A DNA stretch of 62,918 nucleotides, the filler included, from Phoronis australis (taxonomy: Eukaryota > Animalia > Phoronida): assembly GCA_002633005.1 (NCBI GenBank). It is 5 parts of 5 records of this genome, joined end to end, with 100 filler letters (N's around TTAATTAATTAA, not from the genome) between each part and the next. Parts side by side here need not be neighbours in the genome. Positions count along the whole stretch, not along the records: positions 1 to 26,775 come from NMRA01000005.1; 4 more parts are not named here. The stretch is one strand, 5' to 3'. Below are positions 13,021 to 26,875 of the stretch, in pieces (the first letter of the stretch is position 1; every line of letters begins with the position of its first letter). The notes beneath the pieces are model-generated. The model had not been told where the DNA came from and made no database searches. It saw nothing but the letters and a program-made list of their open reading frames with translations. The translations under genes were made by a program, and so were the position numbers.

Positions 13021-15564
13021 TCAGTTACTACTTCTAATGACTTACTTATGAGGTTACTAAGTTGAGAAGTGCATGATAACCAGGTGATTGCTCGCAAAAT
13101 CTGAAATATAAGGTTTTACAACAAAGTGGTGTTGAGTAGGCGATCATGTTCACTGTACTGCTAGTGGCCCTCTCGTGACACGTAGTGGGTCACCAAGCCT
13201 ACATATGCACCGTTGCCATGGTAATCACGTGTTCGGCCGTCGTCAATGGGTTATTTCAGTTTGATACCATAGTCACGTCTGTCGCGGGTTACCATGCGCT
13301 CTGTCTTAGCCTACCGATCTTCCCTTGAAACTTGGAAGGGTTTCAAACCTGAAACCTCGTTGCAACATTATCAAGGTAATTTAGATTTGACGGCAAAGTC
13401 ATTTTAGAAGGCAATCACACTTATATTGCTTCCAGTGAAATTCCCTAGAAACCTAGGAAGGTTCCCAAGACAAGGCATGCAGCACTGCCACAGTAACCAA
13501 GGCAACGCACTACATTTTGGTTTATATGATTTCATATCAGTTCGATGATAAGTGATTACCAGTAAGATTTTAGTGTGACCATCACTGACAGCATCATTCG
13601 TGGAAAACCACTGTTGATCATTAATCATTACTCAGTAATAAGAAATAAGATTTTCGTATTATGGAAAAAACAGAGTTTAAGTGGGTAACCGAAGCTACGT
13701 TCCCAGATTTCAAAACCGCGTGCACGTGGGCGATAAACGCTTATATATTATGACCGTGAATGAGACAATGTTTATCAATAGATAAACACAAATATGCAGC
13801 AAATTAAGTCAATCGTCAAAATAATTTCTTGTCAACCATTGAAACCGTATCACACCATGTATATTACAATTAGAGCTTAGAGGTTTTTCATGGTAACTTT
13901 GACAGTAATGCAGAGCCCAATGCCGTTGTGAAACGAGTTGGGTGGCAGAGCGGACTGAATAACAGAGTCAGATTGCCAAGGATATTTGTTGAGTGATACC
14001 ATGAATTGTCATTGAATGTTCAAAAATGGCGTCATGCAGTCTCTTGGGGGTTGTCGAAGACGAAGTTCATGATTTCATACAAAACACAACTTACCTTGAC
14101 CTTAAATCAAGCTTGTGTTTAATAAACTGAATGCAAATTATGGGGAAAGTTTTTCAACTGATATTGTAATTTTATGTGACTGATTGATTTTAGCGAAAAA
14201 GATAACGGTGTTTCATATTGATGTAAGTGAATCCATAGTAATTGTGATTACTGTATTTTAAGTATATTTTTGGTCCTCAACGTGTCTGGAAACACATTAA
14301 TCCTATTTTCATCAGATACCAAAGCATCATTTCTGCGTTACTACAAAATTAAATCCTACCGTCACCGACACCAAGTTATTTTGCCAGCAGCGGTACGCAG
14401 AAAAGTCCGTGCCGTGCAAAGACAAAGTGGCATAATTGTATTGTCGCGGATGGTCGGTAGGTTACGCAGACACCCCCAATACCCCCTCTCAACTCCAAAC
14501 GTAACTTACTGTACGTGGTGCACGGTCTTTTTGTTTAAGTGAGTGAGACAGTAACTCCTTAAATGAGAAAGCACTGACTGCTTTTGAACTAAATGCAATT
14601 AAAGGTCCTTCAATATGCTAACACTAATTGCATTTACTGTCCATGCGACAATAGGATGTGAAAGAGCCAGCAAAAAAAGGTCTGCTTCTTGTTTCTGCGT
14701 CTGCTTCCATTCAGCAAACAATGAGCGATTCGCTCTCCAACTTTAACACTAGAGAGAGATCGGAGCCTAATTTAGGGGCTGTTGGTTACCACCTAAAATG
14801 GTAATTCTTAACTTACATTCGTTAGCTGCTGCTTTTGCATACCTGCATGTATGCAGAGTATACTACGAATATTGCTTTCATAAAATCATTCAAAATGACA
14901 CTCTATAAACCAGGTTTTGGCTTAGTAAACAGGTATCAGCGACTTCCCCATTCAGCTATGTGAAGTAAAATAATACTTCTTTCTTCTCACATGAACTTGG
15001 ATTTGTTACAACTTGACTGCTTAATAACACCGAGTACGTAATTTTTTGATATTATATGGGTGAATCACAAAGTAGTGCAAAGTAAAAATCCATACGTCTT
15101 ACATTTTATCATCTGAAAAACGCTAATACCAACAACCAAACAATGCCGGAATTCCGTGAGGTTAAGCAGCATCATGAACGTACTCCTAGTCTGAGGGACA
15201 GGCAAACAACTTCAACGGAACCATTTTTGCAGAGAATTCTATACCCACGTCTATTCAAACGGAGACGACCCCCAACCAAGGGGTGTAGTACAATAGGTGT
15301 GTTCACTCCCCCGTCTTGCCGTTCGCCACCGTGGTTATCAGTCGAAAAACTAGCGCCCCAATCGGCGAATAAGCAAACACTAATTTGGTCCGAACCATGT
15401 AAACGCTGATAAATTCATACTTTAATTACGTTCGACGTGCAATAAAATAACTGTGTGATTGAAAATGGGTAAAATACGTAAACTAACATCCACTCATAAT
15501 CGAATGAGAATGAAAATGTGTGTTTTAATCAATATGAAAGTGTATTTGCCTTCATTCTCTTGAA

Positions 15565-16290
15565 GCTCCCTTCAAAAGCCATCATGCCCTTTTGTTTCAT
15601 GTTTGAGTTCTTAATAAGACAAATTACCGTTCCTAATAACATTTCATGCCTTCATTGATTACATAATTTTATTGATTGCTCCTGGGGATTCGGGGACGAA
15701 GTGACCCCTGGTTCTAGCAAAGGGGTACGAGGGAGGAGTGCAAACCAGGTAAAAACCAGGTGGGCGCCAAATAGTTGTTGACCCCTCCCAGTGGTGTACC
15801 TGGGAGGAGTTCTAAACAGATAAAAAACAACGGAGTATGCCACATGAGTGTTGAGCCCAACCCATCGTCACAAATTTTGATTGCTCCCTGACCATTGACA
15901 ACATGTGTTGAGGTGGTGATGATATTTGGCCCTCGTTTTTTGCATGACCCCAAGGACTTTTGCTCCCTTCAAAAGCCATCATGGTCTGGTTTCATGTTTG
16001 AGTTTTTAATGAGACAAATTACCGTTCCTAATTACATTTCATACCTCCATGGACTACTTAATTTTAGTGATTGCTCTTGGGAGTTCAGGAGGCAGTTGTC
16101 CCCAGGTGCCAGGAAGTGGGGTACGTGGGAGGAGTGCAGAACAGGTAAAAACCAACGGTATGCCACATGGGTGTTGAGCCCCTGCCCCCATCGTCACACA
16201 TTTTGGTTGCTAGATCCCCCTGACCATTGACAACATGTGCTGAGGTGGTGATAAGATTTGTCCCTCGTTTTGTGCACGCCCTCCCCCCAA
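15565..16290. repeat. ~400-bp imperfect tandem duplication inside the P-like element
   Basis: GCTCCCTTCAAAAGCCATCATG...GACAAATTACCGTTCCTAAT...CCCTGACCATTGACAACATGTG occurs at about 15565 and 15962. The second copy has an internal deletion. Confidence 0.85.
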
Positions 16291-17846
16291 GGATATTTTG
16301 TAATGACCGGTGTCCATGCCCCTTTGGTTATGTCGGTACCATCCTGGGTATTTTCCAACTTTTCATTACATGGTGTTCCCAGCTCATTGCTGGTTTCATC
16401 TCTAAAATTTCGCTTGTGAACCCTATTCTATGTACCAGGCTACTACTAATGCAGGCAATTGTTTTGTGCAGTAGGTGTTACACAAGTAAGAAGAAGAAAG
16501 CAAGGCAATTCATCACTACCACAACATTGTAATCCATTTTGATGCACTCTCACATATAATTTTAGAACATTCCATTATTTCTTAGTGACATGTCAGTACA
16601 TGGTAAACTCCTCACTCTCCCACTATAACAACCAATAGTTACTGTAGTCAGTTGCTAACCTGTAGAATACCTCACAACTTACAAAACGTATTAACATTGA
16701 GTATATTATCACTCATAACTAGTCCAAGTTGCAAAATGTCATAACAAAAAGAAGTACTGAACAGCAATCAAAATATTCACTACCCACACAACTTCATACA
16801 AAACTGAACTAAAATGACTTGGATGACAAGACCAAATTTAAATTTCATATACCCACTGTTCCTCTTAAATATTTCAGATAAGTTACAGCCTGACCACGAG
16901 ATCATATCTGTTGCCTAGCCATAACAGGGACTTCTTTTAATCACAAAATCGTACAAAATGGACAACAAGAAAATCTGACCAACTTTCTCACTCTCCATTA
17001 ATTCTCTAGTAAACAACATCTCTTTTTGACAAAGAAATGCGTATATTGTGTTATAAATAAATGTGATTAATTTACTCACATAGGTGTTTGTAATCAAGAA
17101 GCAAACTACTTTTGAATCCATAGCTCAGCGAAAGTGGGACAAACCAACATGACCTCTGCAAATAAGGTTGTTCTGAGAACACAAGAGCAGAGGAAATGTA
17201 CTGTATTTCATCCCCTGTGCTTGGGACAGTACAAAAATCATACGCTCTTCAATACGAGTGAAAATACCAAAACGTTCACTTTACACTTTCAGCTGCAAGA
17301 CTCCACATCTAAATAGAGAAAATGTGGAATTTTTTGCAGAAATATTAATTTTCAAGAAAGTTCTGTTTGATAGTTTGTTTCAAATAATTTAGCTTGGGTT
17401 TGATCAAACTTTCACTCCTTCATTCAGACTCTAAAATACCCATCAGTTTCACTTTGGCTCTCTCCAAATCACAGGCTAACCTTTCATAAAATGTTTCAAT
17501 CTGACCAACGTTGGAATCATGGATAGATTTGAAGCCCTGTGGCTGTGACTGTGGCCGTGTCATTTGACCCATGGCCATGTAGTAAAATTACGCATGCGAT
17601 CGTTCGGATGACCTACAAGTTGACATTTTGATTTGGAATACATGGACTGCAAATATTCAAAAAACCTGACGATCACATCGTTAATCATACATTTAGTCCT
17701 TCCGCCGGCAGCCCGGCTGTGCAGTAGGCTACAGTACAGACGACAGTGGCACCGGCACTGCGATCGGCTTGTCTAACAACCGTGCACAGAACGCACAAAA
17801 TGAAAGACGTTATATATCACATTATTGAATAACAAATAATCCTTAC

Positions 17847-17943
17847 CTTTCTGGATCCTTAAGAAATGTAAAAATAACAGTTCCGGTGTTATCGTGGATG
17901 AATTTATGCAATTCATTGCACTGTAAAAGCCGCCCTTCACCAT
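17847..17943 (-). pseudogene. Degenerate THAP-domain first exon (transposase remnant)
   Basis: MVKGGFYSAMNCINSSTITPEL, then a frameshift, then FTFLKDPER followed by a GTAAGG donor. Resembles the THAP N-terminus C-x4-C...FF-x-FPKD. Confidence 0.5.
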
Positions 17944-18254
17944 TGTTCTCACGCTTCGTACTTGACCATTGCTTATTCGTTACTTGGCGGCGTTAGTAGT
18001 GGGGATAACAGTGAACTCACAAGCGAACACTACTATTGTACAGTACTCTTTGCCCCAACTCAAGAAACCACGCGGTGAGACTGACTATCTGTGCTGTCTC
18101 AAGGTCAATTCAGTGCTCACTCGCGGAGAAGCCCTGCTGACTATTTATAAACATTTGTTATGTTTTAATGTTACAACTCCAAAGAGTATTTACTAGATTC
18201 TATCTTGAACGTTTGTTACCAAAGCTAAATGCAGTTTACAGTTATTACGTTTAA

Positions 18255-18785
18255 AGAGGCCTGGAACGCGATAAATTGCAGTATTGAAAGTGGTTCTCTG
18301 CCACTGAAACAGAATTCAACCTACTCATCAAGTATTTCTAGGGTTTGTCCGTAAAGATTTTTAATTTCTGTTGTAATCAAAGCATTTTTTAGTTTCAAAT
18401 TTAAAAAAAAAACATTTGTCGACTGCTCGCCACTTCGTCGATTTTTGTCCCACAGGGCAAAGCAAGTCTCCTTATTTGGTATGGCAAGACAAAGTCATAG
18501 CACATTTCTCGCGTATGAAAAATGTGACCTTTGACCTCAAGCGAATTCAAACAACTGACTGCGAGCGCATTTATTATAAGTGGGAGGGAGACTGAAACCT
18601 CTGTGGTAACCACATAGTTTTTCCTTCGCGCGTATTTCAAAAATGGTGAGCTTTGTGATATTTTCTGGAAATTTCTTCACAGGGGAAGATGAATTACTCT
18701 GTACTACAGACGTTGCGAGACGGTACTTCCGTCAGGAATTTTTTTTAAAAGATACGTTTGACAACCTTTCGAGCTCTTTGCCTCT
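18255..18785. mobile_element. TTAA-flanked Kolobok-like MITE
   Basis: TTAA-AGAGGC...GCCTCT-TTAA; only a short TIR is visible. Confidence 0.45.
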
Positions 18786-21700
18786 TTAAAATAAAATTAT
18801 TAATAAAAAGAAATTGAGTTCACTTTACATAGCGTAAGTATGTTTTTACAAAAGTTGCGTCATGTGATTGAAAGTTTTAGACATTCGAATTTTTCGGCAA
18901 AAATAACGTTTTTACGGCTCATATGAGAAAACAAATCTTAAACTTGTCTCAGGTTTATGACATGGGCAAAACCTCTTAGAAATTTCGTCAAAATCCCGAG
19001 GCTTAGGATTCTCTATATAACCGTCATCAGCTCTTAAGAGTTTGGAAAACATTTTGAAAACTTCTTGCATAGTCTCAGACGTGACCTATGCATCAGTCGA
19101 CTTACGCGATAATTGTAATGTAAGTCACTCTGAGTACCATTACACCCATTTGGTGATACAGTGAGAATATGTGTTTTGTTGAAATGTGCTTTTATAACTC
19201 AATGGTACATTAGCGTTGAAAGAACGAGGATTGGTTGAAATCAACAAAACTTATTGTCGCGCTTTCTGGTCCTTGTGCCTATATCCGAAATAACGCCTTT
19301 TCCGTGGCTTTTTTACCCAATTGGTTCGCTTATTTGCGCATGCGCCTACGTTTCACATATAAGCCCAAGTAACATTCTCTGCATACGCTATACATTAGTT
19401 CACATATAGACGTTCCCGTTTTGACTACCGCTGTGCCTTCTAATGGCATTTTTTACGTTTGCCTCTGTATCTTTGGAGTTTTTTGGCGTATTTTCAAGAA
19501 ATTTGGTAACTGGTTTTGTGTTATCGTATTGCCGCGCCTTTAACCCCATGGCCAATATCCCAAATGATGCCTTTTTCGCGGCCTATTTTACTCAAATGGT
19601 TTGCATATTGGTGGAAGCGCTAAGTTTCGCATATAAGCGCAGTTCTGCACAGACGTCCATGGGCCTAAAGGGGAGACAATACGGTAGTATGAAAGCGTCA
19701 CTGCTAATCTCTCCAAAATTGTTGCGTTTGTCTTTCAAATGCTTTCAGTAACATTCCGTGACGTCCATGTTTAGGCACTAATATCACTTGATGAATCACG
19801 TCCATGTTTATTAACGCGCAGTTACTAAGAATAAGGAATAATTAGTGAGACTAAAATAAGATTATTTCGTATTTGTTGATTTGCATTACTTGGTGATGCT
19901 TGAAGGGCATGCTTTTGAGAATACTTTTAAACCTGGTTATATCGTCGTACTCGCTGATCTTCGAACAACTATGTTGATAAATAGTACTGAAACAAACAAT
20001 ATTAGTATGTTAACTCGGCGGACAGGTACAATAAAATCCCCTAGTAGCTTCCACGCAGCAACTCTGATACATGAAGCGCAACTGAAACATAATGCTCTGT
20101 TCAAACGTAGAACCAAATTGTTGGAAGCTGTGTTGCTCAACTGTTTGCGTTATAATTAACGTGTGATCAATGATACTGGTCACGGTAAGAGCAACATAAA
20201 CGATAAACTCTGGGAAGGTATTCTGAAATATACACGTGAAGTTCGTGTAAAATACCTCACAATTGATACGGCCTTAGAGTGTTCCAGGCTGTTCCCCTTG
20301 GCATATCTTTCATGACAGATTTTTTTTTTATTTTAGGCGATGGCTTACCTACATGTAATGAATTCTCAATTGAGACGCGGTTCAGTTGGATAACGATTTC
20401 TTTGTACCAACGCTCTTGTCCTGGAAGGAATTTTATGAAAAGTCTGAAGAATTAGCTTGACAAGAATGAACAAAAACGTGGCAAGGTTGGAAAGTGGAAT
20501 TTATAAATATACTCTGTCCGGTTCATTTTAGTAAAAAAACTTCATAAAACGGATTTCAATGCAACCTAGGTCAGTCGAAACTTAATCCCAAATACTGCTC
20601 ATTCAACGCAACGCATATTCTCAAACTTAACTGAGTTTAATGTCATTTATAATTTCATTTCTTATTCTGATTGTGCACCACCAGCTAAAATGGCCGCCGT
20701 AGTGATTGACAACAGACTCGTGCATTATGGGTATTCACTCAACAGCCACCATGTGTAATGAGGTTCCCGCCAATACCCGCCCACTTTGTAAGAAACTTAA
20801 TAGCAAAATAAGGAAAACACAAACAGAAGTGAAAGTTACGACACGTAAATATTTTAGTGATGTCTTTCAACTGACGAAACTCAAAAAGTGTTCTAAATTG
20901 GTGAATGTATGGGAACCCTGCATACCAGTCACATACACGTAGTACAGCGTGAAGGTAAAACAATAGAAATTTGCCCTGGCTGCTTATCCGGGTCTCTGTG
21001 GTCGTCTGCTTGATAAACATATAAGTTGCCTGGTAGAAATTAGCAAATTGTGCCAATTCAATAGCCTTTCTAATTTCCTGAGGGAAAGAGGAAGATTAGA
21101 CAGCTTTACTCACAATGAACCCATGCTGAGGGACTTCTTTGAGTCTTAATCAAGTGATTAGCGCAATGGGCGCAAGTCAAAATGGTGTGCCCAGTTATTG
21201 GCTATAAAGAATATTCTAGTATCAAGAGCGATTAACTGAAATTCTGTAAGCAACTGTTGGGAGTTGGAAGTGACTGCCCAAATTATGCTGCCATAGGAAA
21301 ATTGGAAAGGTGACTAATTTCTGCAGAATGGTTTGTTAATCTAATTAAATGTCAGCTAAAGCTGTTAGAAATACTAGCACATCGCAATCCAGGATCAGTG
21401 TATGACATGCATGTCACATTGGACGAGACCGGTTGGACAAATTGGGCTTCACCAGTCAGGAACTTTTCGCAATCAGGGAATAGGGGACTTTTCATATTGG
21501 TGCTCTCTAGAGTAATGAGAACGAGCAAGCGAATTCCGCTTGGTCGCGACTCAGATTTGGTCGACCTAAATCGACTGCTATATGCAGTCGTTCATTAATT
21601 CAAAAATAGAGGAATAAATCCCATTTGCAACCCCCATTGTTTGATTAGATTAATTTCATTAATTTGTGTTCGGCTGGGATCGAAATTGTACAGTCAACAG

Positions 21701-24700
21701 TTTCCACACGTTCAGACTTATTTCAAATACATAATAGAATAACAACGTTGGCTCCCACAATACACAAAACGACTTTTTTAAAAAGAACTTCTAGTCATTT
21801 CCTTCAGAAAGATGAGAGCTTCAAAATGCCAATGTGTATAAAAAACGCCCCTTTGCTCTGTTTCGGAAAGTCTCCAAAATTACTTCAGTTGACGTTCAGT
21901 CAGAGGGACGCTCTTTCCGAAATCTCAAGTAACTTAACTGGTCTGTTTTCCGTTGACACTACTCAAAAGTGTAGGAATCTGGGACAGGGACAAACGCCAT
22001 TCATGGAGAGGGCAGCACCCCAGCTTCCCATTTAAAGCTGTATTTTGCCCTGTTTAGCTGGTTAAAGCGAAAATTCAAGTAGGCCATTACTCTAAAACGT
22101 CCAGTCTCTACTTGTTTGTGAAGGCTACATGTATAAAAGTCTCGAAGAAGTTAAAATAGGATTGCAAACATCTGTGGCTGGTGGCATGAAATAGTCCCAA
22201 ATAGGCACTCAACGTAAGTCCCTAAATCTTTTTTCCGTGTTTGTGCCTTGATGGACTCACAGATGCAATATTTTTCTATCATTTCATCTTTGTTATGAGA
22301 TCCTGTTTGATTAATGATATTTTGTAATAATATTACTAAACACTGACCCCAGAGTTCATTGAAAATAAATAGGAACTCAGTCCTTAAATTGGGAGTGTTG
22401 CATGAAAAGATCCCGTTATTCTCGATAATATGGACAGTTCACTATCCACGTCAAAAGTTGACTTAGTAATGAAACTAAAACAATACAAGAAAGGGCAGCT
22501 GATGTTTTCACAAGTCCAAAAATACGCAGTGGATTTAGGGAACTTAGTCGAGTCCCTATTTGGGACTGTTTCATGCAACCGGGCACTGAATCTCACAGCC
22601 CATACAATCATTTGATGGCCAGCGACTGAATACGACTCAGTGGTAGATTAGTTTCAAAATAAGAACAAATGATATGAATGGTGTTACAGAAGTGTAGTAA
22701 ATAGGCAGACAACGTTCACTAGGTGGTGGCGATGAACAAGGGCCACACTTTTCAACATGCGGTGCTTAGAGCCGCATTATCATGATCAGGACGATCTTTT
22801 AATGAAAACTCACCTTCTCACACGGTTTTTTGTGACTCCAATATGAGAGTACGGCGCTGGCTGGCGAGGTAACAAAATGCCTCTCACGTCACCCGAACGT
22901 TTTTCAGTCAGTTTCGGGCTGTAAACATTACGCACACGATACTCTGCCACCATCTACTACTCCTAAATAGATTTAAAAGATGTTTCTGTTATTTTCAGCT
23001 GGCATGTTAACTAACCAAAAGAAACGCAGTGCTGATGCTTTACCTGGTGAACAGTATTATTCGTTTTTTCGGAAAATCAATGTATTGAAATAATTTGTCT
23101 TTCAGATGAAATGTGAATGTAACAACTGTTGTCACCAGTATACCTCCTGATTCACATTCAAAATTTGTCTTATTTTGACGGCGTCCAGTTTAATTCAAAA
23201 ACTACTGAAACTGTAGTTTTCCATTTTTCTAGTTATTACAAACAAAATTTTTCCTGAGGAGACTTGCCTCGGTCATTTTGCAACTATAAAAGTTCTTTCA
23301 TTAGAGACCAACAAATTCAAAAAATTAATTTATGGTATCGTTTCAAATGATACAGGAAACTTTCAAAATATTACACACAGATTGAGTTCAGTTCAATACT
23401 TCCTGCCTTCCTCCCTCCCTCCCTCACCCACTCCCTCCCTCCCTCCCTGCCTCTCTCAACACCCCCTCTNNNNNNNNNNNNNNNNNNNNNNNNNNNNNNN
23501 NNNNNNNNNNNNNNNNNNNNNNNNNNNNNNNNNNNNNNNNNNNNNNNNNNNNNNNNNNNNNNNNNNNNNNNNNNNNNNNNNNNNNNNNNNNNNNNNNCTC
23601 TCTCTCTCTCTCTCTCTCTCTCGTTCTCTCCCTATCTCGCATTAATTGAACGGAAATCGGGTATATTCTATATCAATTTGTGATTAAAAAGTTGTATCGG
23701 AACACCTGCCATTGTCGGATTAGTCGTGCGCGACTGTCGTTTAAGAAATGTCATACGAATAATCGAGGTGTGCAGACAGGGTTGGATGATTAAAACTAAT
23801 TCTTATTCTGGCGAATTCATGACTTGTCATACACTTGGCGGTAGACCTACATCTATTTTTGGTTACCGTGAAGGCTTAACCATGTATCTTCTGTCACAAA
23901 TGAAATTAGTAGCAACAATTAGTTGAAATTTTCATCAATTGGCTGGAAATCCTTTTTCTTCAGAGACCGTGCTTACACAACAGAATAATTAGCGAGAGAG
24001 GAACGCGTGCTCTGACGTCATGGAGGGTGTAGTCTTAGTATCGATCTTACATTAGCGTGACTCCGTGTGGTTCGCGTGCAGTAGTGAAAGTTTTGTCGGA
24101 GTGACAACATGAGAGTGACACTGATTGTTCTTAGCACCTGGTTGGTGAGTATAGCTGCAGCATGGTCTGGAGAGCGGACTGCGGCAAAGGCTTGAAGGAT
24201 TAGAGGTGTCCTTAGTTGTGAATACATTTTTTTTCCTGAAGAAGAAAATTTGAAATGAAAAAACTTTAAAAGTTTGCTAATACTTGATTTGTAAAAGTCG
24301 GTTGTACTTTTTTACTAAGTTACGTTTTAACTCTATATAGTCTGTGTTACTGAACCATTGTAAAATGTCTGACGTGCCTGCTTTTTCAAAGGCATACATG
24401 CACATGTACCGAGGATCACGTAGGAATCGGCCTAAACTGTTTTTGACATATATATCTTGTTGGAACAAAAATTATGTCAGTCAATGTGAGAGACACGATT
24501 ATCTTCTTAGTGGGTTCCGTTGCGCAGATTTTGGGCAGCATTGATTTTGTAGTGCGTGTATAGGTTGGTACAATAAAATCAAAGCAAAGTTAGTATACGA
24601 TTTCAAAGAATAAAATGCTTGAGGTCAGGAGCAGTATTAAATTCAGATTTAGCAACTCTTTTAAGATGTATTTCGCTTTGATTAGCTGGCTAAGAAAGGA

Positions 24701-25761
24701 AATCGAAATAGGCGTTTTACTCTAACAAAAGCGGACCTTACCATGATAGGATTATTTATTTTCATTAGCAACTCAAGTCAATGCGTATACACCTTATTCA
24801 CACAATTAGGTTTTAGAAACAATGAATCAGTTCTGCGCGTAATCACAGTACAAAATGTGATTTTTTCGCGTGCTTCATTATATTTATGTCTCAAATGCAT
24901 TGTTTTTAAACCTAAAAAGAGGCTCACTACTAAAATGACGACTGTGTGAATAAGGTGTGTATGGCGCCATTTTAGAATTCTTAATTTCGGGGTTGGCCAA
25001 TCTGAATTAATTCTGAAACGTTTTCTTGAGTCGTTGATGGTTTCGATGTTGTTGATAGGACACTATCACGGTAAAAAATACCTTGAGAGGGATACATGCT
25101 ATTCATTAAGCGTACACTTTGGGGTTGACACCAGACGTACAGAAACTTACTACGTCATTGCTTACGTCTTCATTACTATTATAAACACAGCCAGGCCAAT
25201 AAGCCGGGCTCAGCAAAATAAACTTCTTTTATGAATGTTTTACAAACGTGGTATCCGTTCTCCGGAAGCGATATTTATCCATGAAACAGCATCTCTTAAG
25301 TGATTAGCTGCCAAAAATGAAAACAGAGTTAAGTCACTTTAGCTCTTCACGAAATCGGTATTATTATATTTCTCACGGTGATTTCCATTACCAACAAAAA
25401 CATAGAGGCCTTCAGTGAATCAAGAAAAGCTTTTCCGATTTTAGGGGGGGGGGGGGGNNCTGCCAAATCTTCAAAAATACCCTTTGCCTGATTTGGGCTA
25501 CCTACTCACTCAACAACACAAGATGAGCGTAATGTATTTAAACCACACAGCATTTCGATAAAGAATTCAACATCGGCAATTAGCAACTATAGGCCATTTG
25601 CCGAAAATCTTGATTTTATACCCGTTCATAACATTGCTTCCGCCTTACAGACATTGCAGTTTTCCCGTTTTCATGCTGACGTCGCACGTGAACTACAAGA
25701 AACCGTTAAAACAGTGTTAGCTTATATAATATATATATATACAGCACACATCACGAATTTT

Positions 25762-25922
25762 TGGCCGACCGGTCGGAAATTGGTCGACGGCCGGCCGTCG
25801 ACCGGTCGGCAAATTAGCCGACCGGCAGCCGCCCGCAGTGCCGACTCATAAGGCGACTCCCCAGCCGACCCTTCAGCCGACCCTTCAGCCGACCGGCCAT
25901 CAGCCGACCAACTGGTCGGCTG
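25762..25922. repeat. GCCGACC-rich direct/inverted repeat cluster (probably a transposon subterminal array)
   Basis: About ten GCCGAC/GTCGGC motifs, including the palindrome CCGACCGGTCGG and tandem CAGCCGACCCTT, next to a (TA)n run. Confidence 0.55.
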
Positions 25923-26775
25923 CTATTTTTAGGCTACAGTAGCAGTTGCGTAATAGACTGTCCGGCTGATACCACTTTGCGTGTCGATGCATATACGTCT
26001 TAGCACAGGGTCAAATAAATTAACCTAGTTCCACTGTCTCCGTTGCATGAGTTTACATCGGTTGTGTAACACCAATAATTCGAAAGTTGAAGGCCAGCGG
26101 TAATATTATTGAATTATGGACAGTGCTACAAGTTTTCGTTAAAAGACGTGAATGTTTTCTTTACATTTGACCTTTAATTTCAATCGTGACGTTAACAAGC
26201 TGCATTAGATTGGCTGCTTCCAGGTCAATACAACTCTGTAGTCATTTTGTAAACACAGCTATTTTTGACACTCTTCGCCCACAATTGTTTTTTGTTTGTG
26301 ATACGCAGTACTGCATCTTTTTGCGTTTTTAAAATTCTCCACGGTACTCCTATCACGTGCCCATGATGATGGGATAGTGATTGAGTTGTTACACCGCGAA
26401 GAGCTCTCACTCCGGGGTTTTTATTTTCATATGATTAACCCTTGCCGTACAGAAGCAAACTTCACGGTCCAGAATGCCCTAAGCCCACGGACTTCGATGA
26501 CTCTAACTTCATCATAGGGTTACGATTTCCACGAACTTGGACAGTGACATCAAACACGGAATAGCCACTGTTGAGGCTACAACCAATTCTAGCTTTGCGC
26601 ATTCCGTTTTTAGGGCATCGGTGACGTTAAAATCAGCGCTAGTTACATGTATCAGTTCTTCGTTCACGTTGTTCCAAAAATAAATATTTTCTGTCAACAA
26701 CATATTGACAAATTATGTATAATAAAACAATTCTGAACGGGAAGATGTGAATACGTGGTGAAAAGGTATTTGTCT

Positions 26776-26875
26776 NNNNNNNNNNNNNNNNNNNNNNNNN
26801 NNNNNNNNNNNNNNNNNNNTTAATTAATTAANNNNNNNNNNNNNNNNNNNNNNNNNNNNNNNNNNNNNNNNNNNN
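26776..26875. other. Artificial scaffold-joining linker N44-TTAATTAATTAA-N44
   Basis: The identical 100-bp structure occurs four times; the 12-mer places stop codons in all six frames. Confidence 0.95.

Larger units (their letters stand above)
15277..18052 (-). mobile_element. Non-autonomous P-element-superfamily-like DNA transposon
   Basis: CA...TG ends with an imperfect 28-bp TIR (CAAGGGGTGTAGTACAATAGGTGTGTTC vs CAAAGAGTACTGTACAATAGTAGTGTTC). A second inverted match ends in CGAATAAGCAA. 7-bp TSD CCCCAAC at 15270-15276 and 18053-18059. A THAP-like first exon reads inward from the right end. Confidence 0.72.

Noticed and set aside
24013-24020. CRE palindrome TGACGTCA (also near 12313) as a promoter mark
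   Set aside because: An 8-mer is expected by chance at this window size, and no linked gene was identified.
18800-25700. Numerous short ORFs
   Set aside because: No recognisable domains or coherent exon chains; treated as intergenic or intronic, although small exons could have been missed.
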